DNA from: Tubulanus polymorphus
Lineage: Eukaryota > Animalia > Nemertea
NCBI RefSeq assembly: GCF_964204645.1
Contig: NC_134031.1
Coordinates: 1,922,001 to 1,986,000 of the forward strand
Direction: 5' to 3'
DNA: 64,000 nt
The notes below the pieces were generated by a model. It saw only the letters and a program-made list of their open reading frames with translations, did not search any database and had not been told where the DNA came from. Within the stretch, counting starts at the first letter, position 1; every line of letters starts with the position of its first letter. This document shows positions 37,403-48,511 of the stretch, one piece after another. Made by a program: the position numbers and the translations under genes.

Positions 37403-38332
37403 TATGGGCGGCCATCCCCGCCAAACAGACGTTTAAGTCATCACGTGAAGGATAAACCCATAACGTGAAGGATAAACTCATAACATGAAGGATATTGTCA
37501 TGACGTGAAGGACCAACTAATCAAGGATACACCTATTATGTCACCAGATGGCGTGCCAGTCGGTCGAAGTAAATTTTGTTGTACGCAGGCGTCATGACGT
37601 GAACTTTAATTACTCTAGCATGAGCGTCACTGTAGTTTCTATTAGGTTCGAATCCCACAAAATATTGATCCTTATTTCAAATTGATGACCACAATGTCGC
37701 TGATTTATTCTATAAGCAGTGCTATTAATCCCAAAAATTATTCATAGATGTGAGTCTCGATTTGACTCTTTTTTGCTCACAACTGCGGACGGACCAGGAT
37801 CAGGCATTCTTCGTTTTTTGTCAATAATTGCTTAAGAAGATCATTCGTATATTTTGGATAACGTGTTATATCAGTAAGCTGAAAATTTGAGATATATAGC
37901 GGTGTAAGAATAAATCCGAATATATTTTTCTATTACACAATTTCGGGATTCGAACCTAATAGCACATACAAATAGATACTGGGGCCTTCAAAGTTTATTG
38001 TTTCATACTTGAGATGAGAAACCTTTTACGCGGCAAACAAAGTAAACCAGCGATACTTCATAATTTGCGGGATTCGAACCTAATACGCAGAAACTTATTC
38101 AAGTTACCATGTCATGACGCCTGCGCACAACTGAACATATTTCTGATCGACTGGAACGCTATCTGGTGACATGATAGGTTTATCCTTGATGACGTGAGTT
38201 GATCCTTCACGTCATGACATTATCTTTCACGTTATGAGTTAATCCTTCACGTTACTACATTATACTTCACGTTATAGGTTTATCCTTCACGTGATGACTG
38301 AAGTGTCTCTTTGGCGGGGATGGCCGCCCATA
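37403..38332. mobile_element. Non-autonomous long-TIR DNA transposon with TATGG...CCATA termini (IS3EU-like)
   Basis: Imperfect TIRs of about 260 bp starting TATGGGCGGCCATCCCCGCCAAA; subterminal ACGTGAAGGATA repeats; flanks TATATG / TATACA. Confidence 0.8.
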
Positions 38333-39383
38333 TATACACTTAAAAATAGAAAGATATATGTAGAATTTTACACACAAAAACGCGTTTCTATAATTCGTAG
38401 GCTTCTCATTCCCTTCACGGTACATTGCGTCGAATTTTTCATAAGCCGTGAATAAACAGCGGATTCTATTCAGTAAAAGCGTTTTGAAACGCCCCAAATG
38501 TGTATAGAAATCCCTGTAAATAATAGGGCCATGCATTTAGATATCAAGCGAGGTGATTATTTGAAAAAATTGATCGAAAGTTCGGCTTAGACACAAATTC
38601 ATGTTCAGGACTATCCTCTGTTATAAGAACTGGTTTAAAAAGAACTGGTTTTCAAGAAAATGATATTCAATAGATATTCAATAGAAAATGATATTCAAAT
38701 GATATTCAATTCGTGATATCTTTTGCTCAAACCTATTTCGATCGGGCGTTTCTAATGGGGCAGGTATAGTGGAGATATAGGTGTTCCGGATATGTTTTGT
38801 AAGGATTATATCTTATGGCGCAGTTTAATCATGGCTTCGGATAGAGGATGCATTGACAACCAAAAGATGCTGCTGTCTATATATAATACATCAGGATGCT
38901 GGATTATTGACACCAATAAATGAACAATATTGCTTACATGTAGATTATTGCTTATACGGCCAAACGTTGCTTATCGAAATCTCTAAGATATTCTTATAGT
39001 AACCGGCAACAATCGAAGTTTGACATGAAAAATTGAAATTTTGGTGTCCCGTCAATGTTGGGTTTGACCGCCCTAAGACCTCGCGATTCGTCGTTCCATA
39101 TCGTGATATGCTTGAAGAAATCGTGAATATTAATAAACTTATATTTTAGTCAGAGGCGATAAGAATTCATATAGAATTCATATAGAACGTGCGATCTGGA
39201 CTATATCATTCAAGGCCTTACTTTACTGTGATCAAACACCGTAACATTCCAAATATCTAAATTCGAATAGCAAATAATATATTCACCTGGAATATTTAAC
39301 GACAGCCGGTAGAGGATTAACACACATTAACGGCGATCAAATAAAACTTAGCTCATTTCGATTTCGGCTCACGAGGAACGAGG

Positions 39384-40757
39384 ATGGGGGCTATGAAAGA
39401 GGACGAAACTAGGGAAGGTCTGGTCGAAAATGAAACGACCAGCGAAGAAATGGAATACGGCTCGATAGCGGATATCGCCAGCAGTCAGCCGGAGATACCG
39501 AAACGCGACGGAGAGAAGAATGATAACGTCAATCCGAAATCAAGTCGTATCTGCTGTAAGACTAGCGTAACGGTGGCCATCGTTTTTATCGTAGGTTTGA
39601 CTTTGGTTACGATTCAAATGACGTCTGGTACGATTCTGGCCGTTAGTTCGCAGTTGCTTCCCGCAACTCACGACAAATCGACGCACCATTTGGTCGCCGT
39701 GAAGATGGCGTTCGTTCAAGTCGCGTTCGAGGTGGGTCTCATTACTGGAGTGATTCTTTGTGGAAAAGTAACGTACACATTCGGCTATGTCTATCCGTTC
39801 TGGTCCGGTCTGATAACGGCGTTAGTAGCCATCACTATGTCGATTTTTGCGTTTGTTTGGTGGATACTACCCATCGCGCACTTGCTGATCGGCTTATCTG
39901 TGGCGTTTATTCGCAACGCCGGATCGACGATGGTCGCCGTTGCCTTCGACGATAAATCCAAGCGAGTGAAAGCCCTGGCCGTGTTGTACAGCTGCCGGTA
40001 CGGCGGGATCGGACTGGGATTTGCCACCGGTTTGTACGAGGTACATTGGCTCGGACGTTCCATACCGTTCATGATACTATTCATAACGCTAGGTATAGCC
40101 ATAATCGTGAGATCTTGCATCGAAGTTGAAAATAACCGAGATTTGGACGCGAAAGTGGAAAAACCGTTTCAGCTCAAAGTTGTAAAATCGATGCTGACCG
40201 ATCCTCAAACTATGACGTTGATAGGTTTAAATAGTATATATTCAGTTACTTCTAATATATATCTTAGTTTGGTGCCTTTGTGGGTAATGGAATATCTAAA
40301 AATTGAACATTGGCAACTGGCTACTGTCCGATTGACTTCGACTGTTACTTTTATATTAAGCTCTAATATTTTCGGTTTGGTCATCTCGAAAACGATTCAC
40401 CATCGTTGGATTTATTTCGTCGCCTATTGTTTACTAGCGACTACGTCGTTCATTTCGTACCCGTTTATCACGTATATCTGGCAAGCGTTCGGTCCGGACT
40501 GCCTCGCTATAGTCGGATTCTCGTTGCAAGGTTGTTTCTATAATTCGTGGCTGTCGGACGTCGCCGATAAAAAATTCGACCAAAACTACGAAACTATATT
40601 CGCTTTAAGTGTAGTGATAAGCCACGTAATAACGATTGCAGCGCTATCGACGGCCGGCACCCTGCAGCATATCGTCGGCTATCCGGCAATTTTTATTACC
40701 GTCGGTATTTTGAATTGTATCTATTCTTTTACTTCCTTAATTGTTCGAGGTCACTGA
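39384..40757 (+). CDS. Divergent SLC18A (VMAT/VAChT-like) MFS transporter, intronless
   Basis: 457 aa with about 12 hydrophobic segments. The C-terminal half follows the VMAT pattern (MLTDPQ ~ LLKDPY; LVPLWVMEYL..WQL ~ LPIWMMETM..WQL; SNIFG ~ TNIFG; DKKFDQNYETIFAL ~ DLRHVSVYGSVYAI; VGYPAIFITVGILN ~ IGFPWLMTIIGIID). Confidence 0.8.
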   Translation: MGAMKEDETREGLVENETTSEEMEYGSIADIASSQPEIPKRDGEKNDNVNPKSSRICCKTSVTVAIVFIVGLTLVTIQMTSGTILAVSSQLLPATHDKSTHHLVAVKMAFVQVAFEVGLITGVILCGKVTYTFGYVYPFWSGLITALVAITMSIFAFVWWILPIAHLLIGLSVAFIRNAGSTMVAVAFDDKSKRVKALAVLYSCRYGGIGLGFATGLYEVHWLGRSIPFMILFITLGIAIIVRSCIEVENNRDLDAKVEKPFQLKVVKSMLTDPQTMTLIGLNSIYSVTSNIYLSLVPLWVMEYLKIEHWQLATVRLTSTVTFILSSNIFGLVISKTIHHRWIYFVAYCLLATTSFISYPFITYIWQAFGPDCLAIVGFSLQGCFYNSWLSDVADKKFDQNYETIFALSVVISHVITIAALSTAGTLQHIVGYPAIFITVGILNCIYSFTSLIVRGH

Positions 40758-41342
40758 TAATGCGTGTCGAGCATGCGATGTGGTCCTGGCGAAAAGCGCG
40801 TAAGGCATTTTTGTGATTTTCATTCGTTTCTGGCGGATGACCATTAAAAAACCTTAATATTTATGTAAATAGGAAATTATCGATAGCGAATTCGATAAAT
40901 TCTTTAATGAACATTTTAACTCGGCACCCACGATAGATTACATTTATATACAATGTATACATTTGTTCGGGTCACAAGTTATTGTTAGAAATGAAATATG
41001 TTGATGTATAACAATAATTTATTCAATGCCAATATATTTCCCTTAAAAAACGGCTGGGGCTTTAGTTTATGTTCTGTAAACGTCTTTTGCGGGTTTTCGC
41101 AATGGATACTCGCAAGTGCTTATGTTCAGAAATCAAAAACATTCACGTTAAAGTGAGTCTATATATGATTTAATTCTCAATATTTTGTTTTCAATGTAAA
41201 TTTATTCAAATCTGCTGTAATATTTAGATATTTTCGTCTAAATACGGAACAAACATTTGGAAATAGTGTAGAAACGTGTTGAGCTCTGTGTGACAGGTGG
41301 CTTAACTATAGAGCTATTCATCGTGTACGTGGGAAACCTCTG

Positions 41343-41397
41343 GAGAGCGAGAGAAGGGAGTGAGAGGGGAGAGAATGGGGCGAGAGGGGGATGGGAG

Positions 41398-41434
<37 letters not shown>

Positions 41435-41763
41435 GTGAGAGGGCAAAGAGAGGAGTGAGAGGGCAGAGAGAGGAGTGAGAGGGCAGAGAGAGTGGTGAGA
41501 GGGCAGAAAGAGGAGTGAGAGGGCAGAGAGAGAGATGAGAGGGCAGAGAGAGTGGTGAGAGGGCAGAGAGAGGAGTGAGAGGGCAGAGAGGGGGAGGGTG
41601 GGGGAGAGAGATAAGGGGGCAGGGAGATCGGCGAGACGGCAAAGAGGGGGAGGGTGAGAGAGAGCGAGGGCAGAACGGGAGAGAGGGAGGTAGAGAGAGA
41701 AGGCAGAGCGGGAGAGAGGGAGGTAGAGAGAGAGGGCAGAGCGGGAGAGAGGGAGGTAGAGAG
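41343..41763. repeat. Purine-rich (GAGAGGGCAGAGAG) minisatellite
   Basis: Near-pure polypurine tract on the + strand with recurrent units. Confidence 0.93.
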
Positions 41764-42810
41764 GTCCTTGTGCAGTGCCCTTGGTATACCAGAATACCGC
41801 GCTCTGTACGCGCGTCGTGTTCACATGTGACTCGGCGCTTAGTAAGCCCGCTTTTAGTAATGCCGATATATAGGGCGATTTCAAGCGCTATCAACGTTTT
41901 CTTGTGATTATTTCAAATCCATTCTTAAGCTACTATCCTGTCTGACTGTGACTGTGTTAATTGAAACAATGCTAAGCTGTACAATTAGGGTGGAACCTGG
42001 AAAACAGGACATAATTGTTGCATCATGCAATGTGGATCCTCGCTGTAATCTATAATATATGTTCTATTTGTTGAAATGCGTGTTATTGTTGAAATAAAGA
42101 TCGTTATAAATAAAATATTCGTGTATGCTGTTTTAGTTAAATTCCGACTGTCAGCTTTTTGACAAATCCGTTTCACCGGGTACACTGGCGTCACCATTTT
42201 CTATCTCGGCTTTGGGAATATATATCTATTGTCGACAGGTTATTTAACATATTATGTTTGACTATACATTTACTGTAACGCACTGATGTATGCAATTAAT
42301 GCAATGTATGTAAAGCCGATCGCAAATAAAAAAAAACAACAGAATCGACTGAAATTTATGAGGGGAATATTTTTAGGACCCGAACGAATGAAAAATTATC
42401 AAATGTTTTTATTAACTGGATTCTATTCAGACGGGAATTTGAATTTGTGAATCTTTTTTTTTGTGCGCGGATCGTGGAAAAAGTCGTAACATCCAGATTT
42501 TACATGATTAATAACCGTACAGTTGACTCGATTGAATTCCATTGATTCCATTACACTTTATTTTACCCGTTTACTCACAGCCGTTCGATATATCGTTGAA
42601 TATTTTGAGTCTTCTTGAGAATGTTGACAGAGGATTTGATATCTAATAAAGAATATATTTCAACTGGAACCGTTGACTCATGTTGACGGAGGGTATTAAC
42701 CGAACCGTGAGGTTTGGAACTGAACCGTGCATTCGACTGACTGAACCTGATAACCTGTCGCGTATCTCGCGAATAAGCGATTGAGCACCGAAACGTTAAC
42801 CGCTGAAACG

Positions 42811-43050
42811 TTCAAAATGGGGAGCTGCAACACCAGTTATCCCGCCAGGTGGCGTGACGAGCTCCCAGTCATTCGCTGTCAAAATAAGTTTATCATGAAT
42901 GAACTTTGAACTGAATTTTTCAACTCTGTGATTGGTATAGTCTTCATCAATAATTCATATAATAAGTCGATTTTCATCAAAATGTAGAAAAGACCGAATA
43001 ACCACTAACGAACCTGGCGGATCTATGTTTGCCACAGGTTCCCCATTGAA
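42811..43050. mobile_element. MITE with ~40-bp imperfect TIRs
   Basis: TTCAAAATGGGGAGCTG..ATCCCGCCAGGT versus ACCTGGCGGAT..CAGGTTCCCCATTGAA. Confidence 0.65.
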
Positions 43051-43177
43051 ACAAGAATTCATATGACTTTTCCCTGAATTTAGAATATTCAAGCGGTTTG
43101 ATTAAATCTGTCACTTGATTGTTAAGTTATAATAGGTAGATGAACTGATGAACTGTTGCTCACTCACTGCTAAGTTT

Positions 43178-43426
43178 CACCTAAAAGGTGACCCTTCATC
43201 TAATATCTAGTTTTTACAGTACACCTTACTTAGAAATGGCTAACTCTGACCTTTGAGTAACACCTAAAAGGTGACCCTTCATCTAATATCTAGTTTTTAC
43301 AGTACACCTTACTTAGAAATGGCTAACTCTGACCTTTGAGTAACACCTAAAAGGTGTCCTTTTATCTAATATCTAGTTTTTACAGTACACCTTACTTAGA
43401 AATGGCTAACTCTGACCTTTGAGTAA
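43178..43426. repeat. 3 x 83-bp near-perfect tandem repeat
   Basis: Units start at 43178, 43261 and 43344 (CACCTAAAAGGTG...TTTGAGTAA). Confidence 0.95.
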
Positions 43427-43557
43427 CCCAGACAAAACGTCCGGGTTAGTCAAAAGTCATAATTTTTCTGACCTCCTAGCGTATTCGTCTATGTCGTTAA
43501 ATCGGTCATCGCTAAATTTCCCGGTCCCAGTCTGCCCGAGTTAGGCAAGGTTTACTG
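43383..43557. mobile_element. Tc1/pogo-like MITE (TA|CAGTA...TACTG|TA)
   Basis: TACAGTACACCTTACTTA versus TTAGGCAAGGTTTACTGTA. Confidence 0.55.
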
Positions 43558-44097
43558 TATTTTCGCGACTATGTCGGTAATATATCCACAGACAATGATT
43601 AATATTCGATAACAGACGAATCGTTGTCAGGGCCGATCTGGTCATAAGTGCATGGTAATTTAAAAGGTTTTATTCAAACAAATTGATCAACTTGGGAACG
43701 ATTATTTCAGCGCCCGAAATAGATATTCATTATCGAAGGAGATTTCTGTTTAAGTCGATGCTATAATGCTATAGTACCACGGAGAGATGATCACGAGACT
43801 CAGAAATGAACAGAAAGTTCTTATCCAACACCATAAAACATATATAAAGTTTAAAAGATGAAGTGTGTATGTGGAGATAGCTATCGTTTGTTATTCGAGA
43901 TAAGACGCGTTTAAAGGAAATCCCTTGAGGATAGGAATTTCAAATATTTGAAGTTTTTAACTGATGAAACCGTCTTGATGTAATGCACTAATCTTAAACA
44001 TTTGATGCGAAACGGAAAATATAAGATTTTTAGAATGTGTTTCAAAAATGGAAATAATCTATGTATTATTCTTTTCGTATCTTTCAGATGACCAGAA

Positions 44098-46005
44098 ATG
44101 TTAACGGACGGACTACTCGGATCGACCATTGTAAGAGAATCGCTGGTTACAATATCATCCGCCCTGATCGTCTGCAGCCTGGTCGTGACTGCAGCGACTA
44201 CACCTTGTCCAGGTCAGTGCACGTGTTTGGACACGGGTTTCGAAGTGCGGGTGAAATGCGTCGGACCGTTTAACGAACTACCGATAGGAATACCGGTCGG
44301 GGTAACCTCGCTGGTCCTATCCGGAGCGGACCGGTCGGACGCCGCGCTCGAATCGATCGGTCGCGAAACGTTCAGAAATTTCACTCGCCTTCAAGAGCTC
44401 AACATCAACAGAGTACGACTGAAATATCTGCATGACGAAGCGTTCCGTCGATTGTCGAAACTGTCGAAACTGATCTTAAGCGGAAACGAAATTGAAAGAA
44501 TTCCGCCATCTTTATTCGTAAATTTATACAATTTAGTGTTCGTCGATTTTTCGGATAATTTGATCGACGAACTGCCAGGAGATTTGCTATTGTTGCCTCG
44601 ATTGTCGGTGCTGTCGTTGAAAAACAACAAAATACAAAATCTATCGAGCGGAATCTTCGAAAACGTCGCGCGTCTTCAATTCCTGGACGTCAGCGGTAAC
44701 CCGCTCCAGCACGTTCAAGCCGAAACGTTCAGAGGGCTCCCCCTATTGAGGACAATCCGTATGAATAATTGCAGCTTCGTTGAGATCAACAACTATTTGT
44801 TGTACTATCTACAAAACATAACGACCATTGAACTGAAAGATAACAAGTTATCGAAAATGGACGCGACTTTGTTCAATACGACGTTGAAACTGAAAGAGTT
44901 GCACTTGGACGGCAACGAAATCATATACCTAGAACCCGGGTTTCTGCACGGTCTAAAACTGCGCACGTTGGGTTTGTCGAGAAACAAAATCGTGTCGATG
45001 AGCATCGGGGCTTTTCAACAGTTCACAACCGAAATACTGAAACTGAACGACAATTGGATTAAATACCTTTCGCCCGCTTTATTTCGACACATGAACGAAA
45101 CTCTGAGGTTTTTATACCTCGGCGGGAATCCTTTGACGAATATACAGAAAAGTACATTTTTCGGTTTACCGCGTCTGCGCACGCTCGACCTGTCGCGCAC
45201 GAGAATTGCGTCACTTCCGGTAGACTTGTTCGCCGGCCTTGAACTGCAATTCGTGAATTTGTCGCGAAATAATTTCTCCAGTTTCGACAACGAAACTTTA
45301 CAATCGCTGCGACCCGTTGAGTTGGTCGATTTACGCGGTAATCCCTGGGAGTGTACGTGTCATATTAGACCCTTACAGCGCTGGCTCATCGCCAACTCTT
45401 ACGGGCAGGATTGTCCACCAGGGGGCAGCAGGTTACACCCGTTTAAATTGTTCACCGAAATGAGAAAGGAGTTTAATTGTCTCGAGTGCGGAACTTATCC
45501 TTCTATCTACAGGGGTAGAAATTTACTAGACTTGTCTCCCGAGGAGACGCAACAATGTGAATTCATTGAAACGACGACCACTTCGCCCATTCCTCTTCCA
45601 CCTGTCATACCGTCACGAATAACCCTTCTTGAAATTATTCTGCTTGTAATCGCCGCCATTTTGTTGCTGACAATCATTATTCTGATAATCGTCTGCTGTT
45701 ATTTGAAGAACAAATCAAAACGTCACAAATACGACGTGCAACGATCATCTGCTTCCGCGGCGGCGGTCGCGTTACATACAGCCGAGCATTCCCATTGGTC
45801 GCATTTTCCCGGTTCGCCCGAGGTAGCCAGCGACGCGGCGTGGGGAAATCCGGAACTGTGGTCGATCGAGGCTATAGAATGCGTAGACGCGGCCAAAATA
45901 TCTAAAAACACGAACGTAAATGGTGTCGATTCAAATCATTACAATTCGGCTTATCATAACCCTTCAGCTAAACAAACGGTTGCTCGACTAGAATCTGTTC
46001 TGTGA
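44098..46005 (+). CDS. Type I transmembrane LRR receptor/adhesion protein, paralog B
   Basis: 635-aa ORF colinear repeat-for-repeat with 30441-32351. LRRNT CPGQCTC; LRRCT NPWECTC; T/P-rich stalk; TM LLEIILLVIAAILLLTIIILIIVCC; C-terminal RLESVL. Acceptor tttcag ends at 44087. Confidence 0.93.
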   Translation: MLTDGLLGSTIVRESLVTISSALIVCSLVVTAATTPCPGQCTCLDTGFEVRVKCVGPFNELPIGIPVGVTSLVLSGADRSDAALESIGRETFRNFTRLQELNINRVRLKYLHDEAFRRLSKLSKLILSGNEIERIPPSLFVNLYNLVFVDFSDNLIDELPGDLLLLPRLSVLSLKNNKIQNLSSGIFENVARLQFLDVSGNPLQHVQAETFRGLPLLRTIRMNNCSFVEINNYLLYYLQNITTIELKDNKLSKMDATLFNTTLKLKELHLDGNEIIYLEPGFLHGLKLRTLGLSRNKIVSMSIGAFQQFTTEILKLNDNWIKYLSPALFRHMNETLRFLYLGGNPLTNIQKSTFFGLPRLRTLDLSRTRIASLPVDLFAGLELQFVNLSRNNFSSFDNETLQSLRPVELVDLRGNPWECTCHIRPLQRWLIANSYGQDCPPGGSRLHPFKLFTEMRKEFNCLECGTYPSIYRGRNLLDLSPEETQQCEFIETTTTSPIPLPPVIPSRITLLEIILLVIAAILLLTIIILIIVCCYLKNKSKRHKYDVQRSSASAAAVALHTAEHSHWSHFPGSPEVASDAAWGNPELWSIEAIECVDAAKISKNTNVNGVDSNHYNSAYHNPSAKQTVARLESVL

Positions 46006-48511
46006 TGGGGTTTTTTTCGCCCGAATTTCTTACGAACCGCACGATAGCCGGTACACTTTTAAATCAACAAATGGACAGAAAGGTTACAGAAAGGTTCTCG
46101 ATGTTCAATCTGTCGACTGTGAAATATTTACAACCCAAACGCTAACGCATTAATCTGTCCTCAACTCAGTTCAACAATTCAATAATACAATCGAAATTAG
46201 ATACAAAGATTTATTAGATATAACAAATGTAGAATTTTGTTCCAACTAAGACAATTTCACTAATTTCGTACTGGATATAAAAACTATCGGTTATAACGAA
46301 CATTATTATCTGGTCCTGTGAAGTTCGCTGATACGTAGTTCCACTCATGTACCGACTAAATTTTAAGATGGAGTCCACCGTAATAGAATTGTAGAATTGA
46401 AGAATTGAAGAACGAGATGTATTTTATCAGAGTAATTGTGGTCTTAAACGTATTTGTATATTTTTGTTGTTTTAAGTGAGGGTATTTATAAGCTGTTTAT
46501 GATTGAGTTGAGAAAATCGTGTAAAACATACATTTCACTTCACTGTGCCTTAAGTTTTGGGGAAATAAGAGTTTTGCTACATGTATTTAAGTCATCTAGT
46601 TCTTAGATGAACTTCTTAAGAAAAATATATGCTGCTTACCTAGAATATAATCAGTGAAATATTGTGATTTTGTTGTATGAATTTATGAATTATGTAACAT
46701 TTAACTGCATATTATTTTTAATATCGCGTATCAAAATATGTAAAAAGTCCCCGAATTCATAGAGACATAATTAATGTTCTAATAATATCTGTATATATGG
46801 TATATTTTACACTTTGGAACTGATATTCAGATGAAATAATTTTATATTAAAAACATTTACCGTAAATTGTTAGACTTTTTAATTATTCGAAGGATTGTCG
46901 TACAGTCGTTTCTAGAATTTGCGTAAATACTTCGTCGCTGGAGATTTGTTTTTCTACGGAAAACAAATAAGGAAATAAAGTAGGAAAGAATGACAATTCG
47001 TATGATATTTACGAAATATTCAACCAAAATCAGAATGACGTATATAAAGCGGAATGGCCAATGAAGGTTCGGACAGTTTGTTGACATTCTCTCCCGTGCT
47101 GCCTCCCACGAAAACACGGACGAGTCACCGAGCTTATACGCAAATTGTCCCCGGCTGCTACCGCCACCTGGCAATAAAATGACGCAGGTGACGAAATGAT
47201 GATAAACATAATTAAAAACTTTTTTGTATAATAATAGTTTTTGTTGTATTTTCCAAAGAATTCTTATTCATTTCAGTTAACCCTGGCATCATTTGTAACC
47301 AGCCCACATGATAACCAATATAGACCGAATTCACGTTCAGTGTTTCCGTCCTTAAAGTTTTCTTGTTGTTTAAACAGAAATGCTCGTTAAACTTTCAACC
47401 AAAACACCTAGACTGGTTGCCGGTCTCTTCCTTCAGTTAGATTCTGACTATTCTGACTGCGAATGCAGGTGGCGCAGAATTGGACAGGCGACCAGTCTAC
47501 CAAAACACCGTCACTGAATTCAATCGAAAATGAGAAACCACGCCTTACTAACCAAGTCACACTTACACTGTCCTGACCGGTTCAAACGACACGCTCGACT
47601 TGTTTCACTGTGAAAGAAATTTGGTTGACTTGGGAACCCGGACTTGTACTGTGTTACTCAATGTTCAAGACTTAACTTGCCACACTTCTTACTACCACCG
47701 ATCATTGGTTCATGTTTTCTCTTTTCTTTGTAAATTTCGCTGTCATTTTTGTACCGCTCATAATTTTCATTACAATCGTGACCTCGAAATATCAATAAAA
47801 TCTAAAACAACTCTCAAGACAAAAACACGACGAAAAGTAAAGGTCGACATTTCAACTCAAAACCCTATTTATACTTAAAAATTCTGTATATATATATATA
47901 TACGAAAGTTTTACTCTGCTGTTGTGGGTTTTGTGCTTCGACGTATCATTGAGCCACCGGATTACAGAAAAAAAAATAAACATACACTTATATACGCGCA
48001 ATGTCACTTTCATATAAAGGAATAAAACATTCGTATGAACGCTTTACGTAATTCTGAAAATCGGACTGAAAAAAATAACGCCATAGAATAATTCAGACTC
48101 GTATAATAAATGCATTAATTTCCCACTTGTCGTTTGTGACTTGCTCCGCGACGAGTCGTCCTCAGTTTAAATGAATGGCCCAGGGTTTACTTTTTGCAGG
48201 AATATATATATACAAGTATACTGAAACCAGAAACACTGTGTGTGTATAAACTACAGTATCGCAGGTGACGCGCGCACAATGCGTTACACTTATTATTCAA
48301 ATATATCGAATACCTTCGACAGACGGACGACCATTCGGCGAGTCTCTTGCAGGACTGTATCAATAACCGGGATATAACGTTTTTTTTTCGACGCCACAAA
48401 ATATAAATTACGATAACAGCTTCGCTAACAATAGAGTCGAACCCGGAAATAAATATATCTAGTATTATCCAGATATATAGAGCTGTATAGTGAAAAAACA
48501 AAATCGCTAAA

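Noticed and set aside
41238-41907. Four ORFs rich in L/S/P or R/G/E
   Set aside because: They arise from the GA-rich minisatellite.
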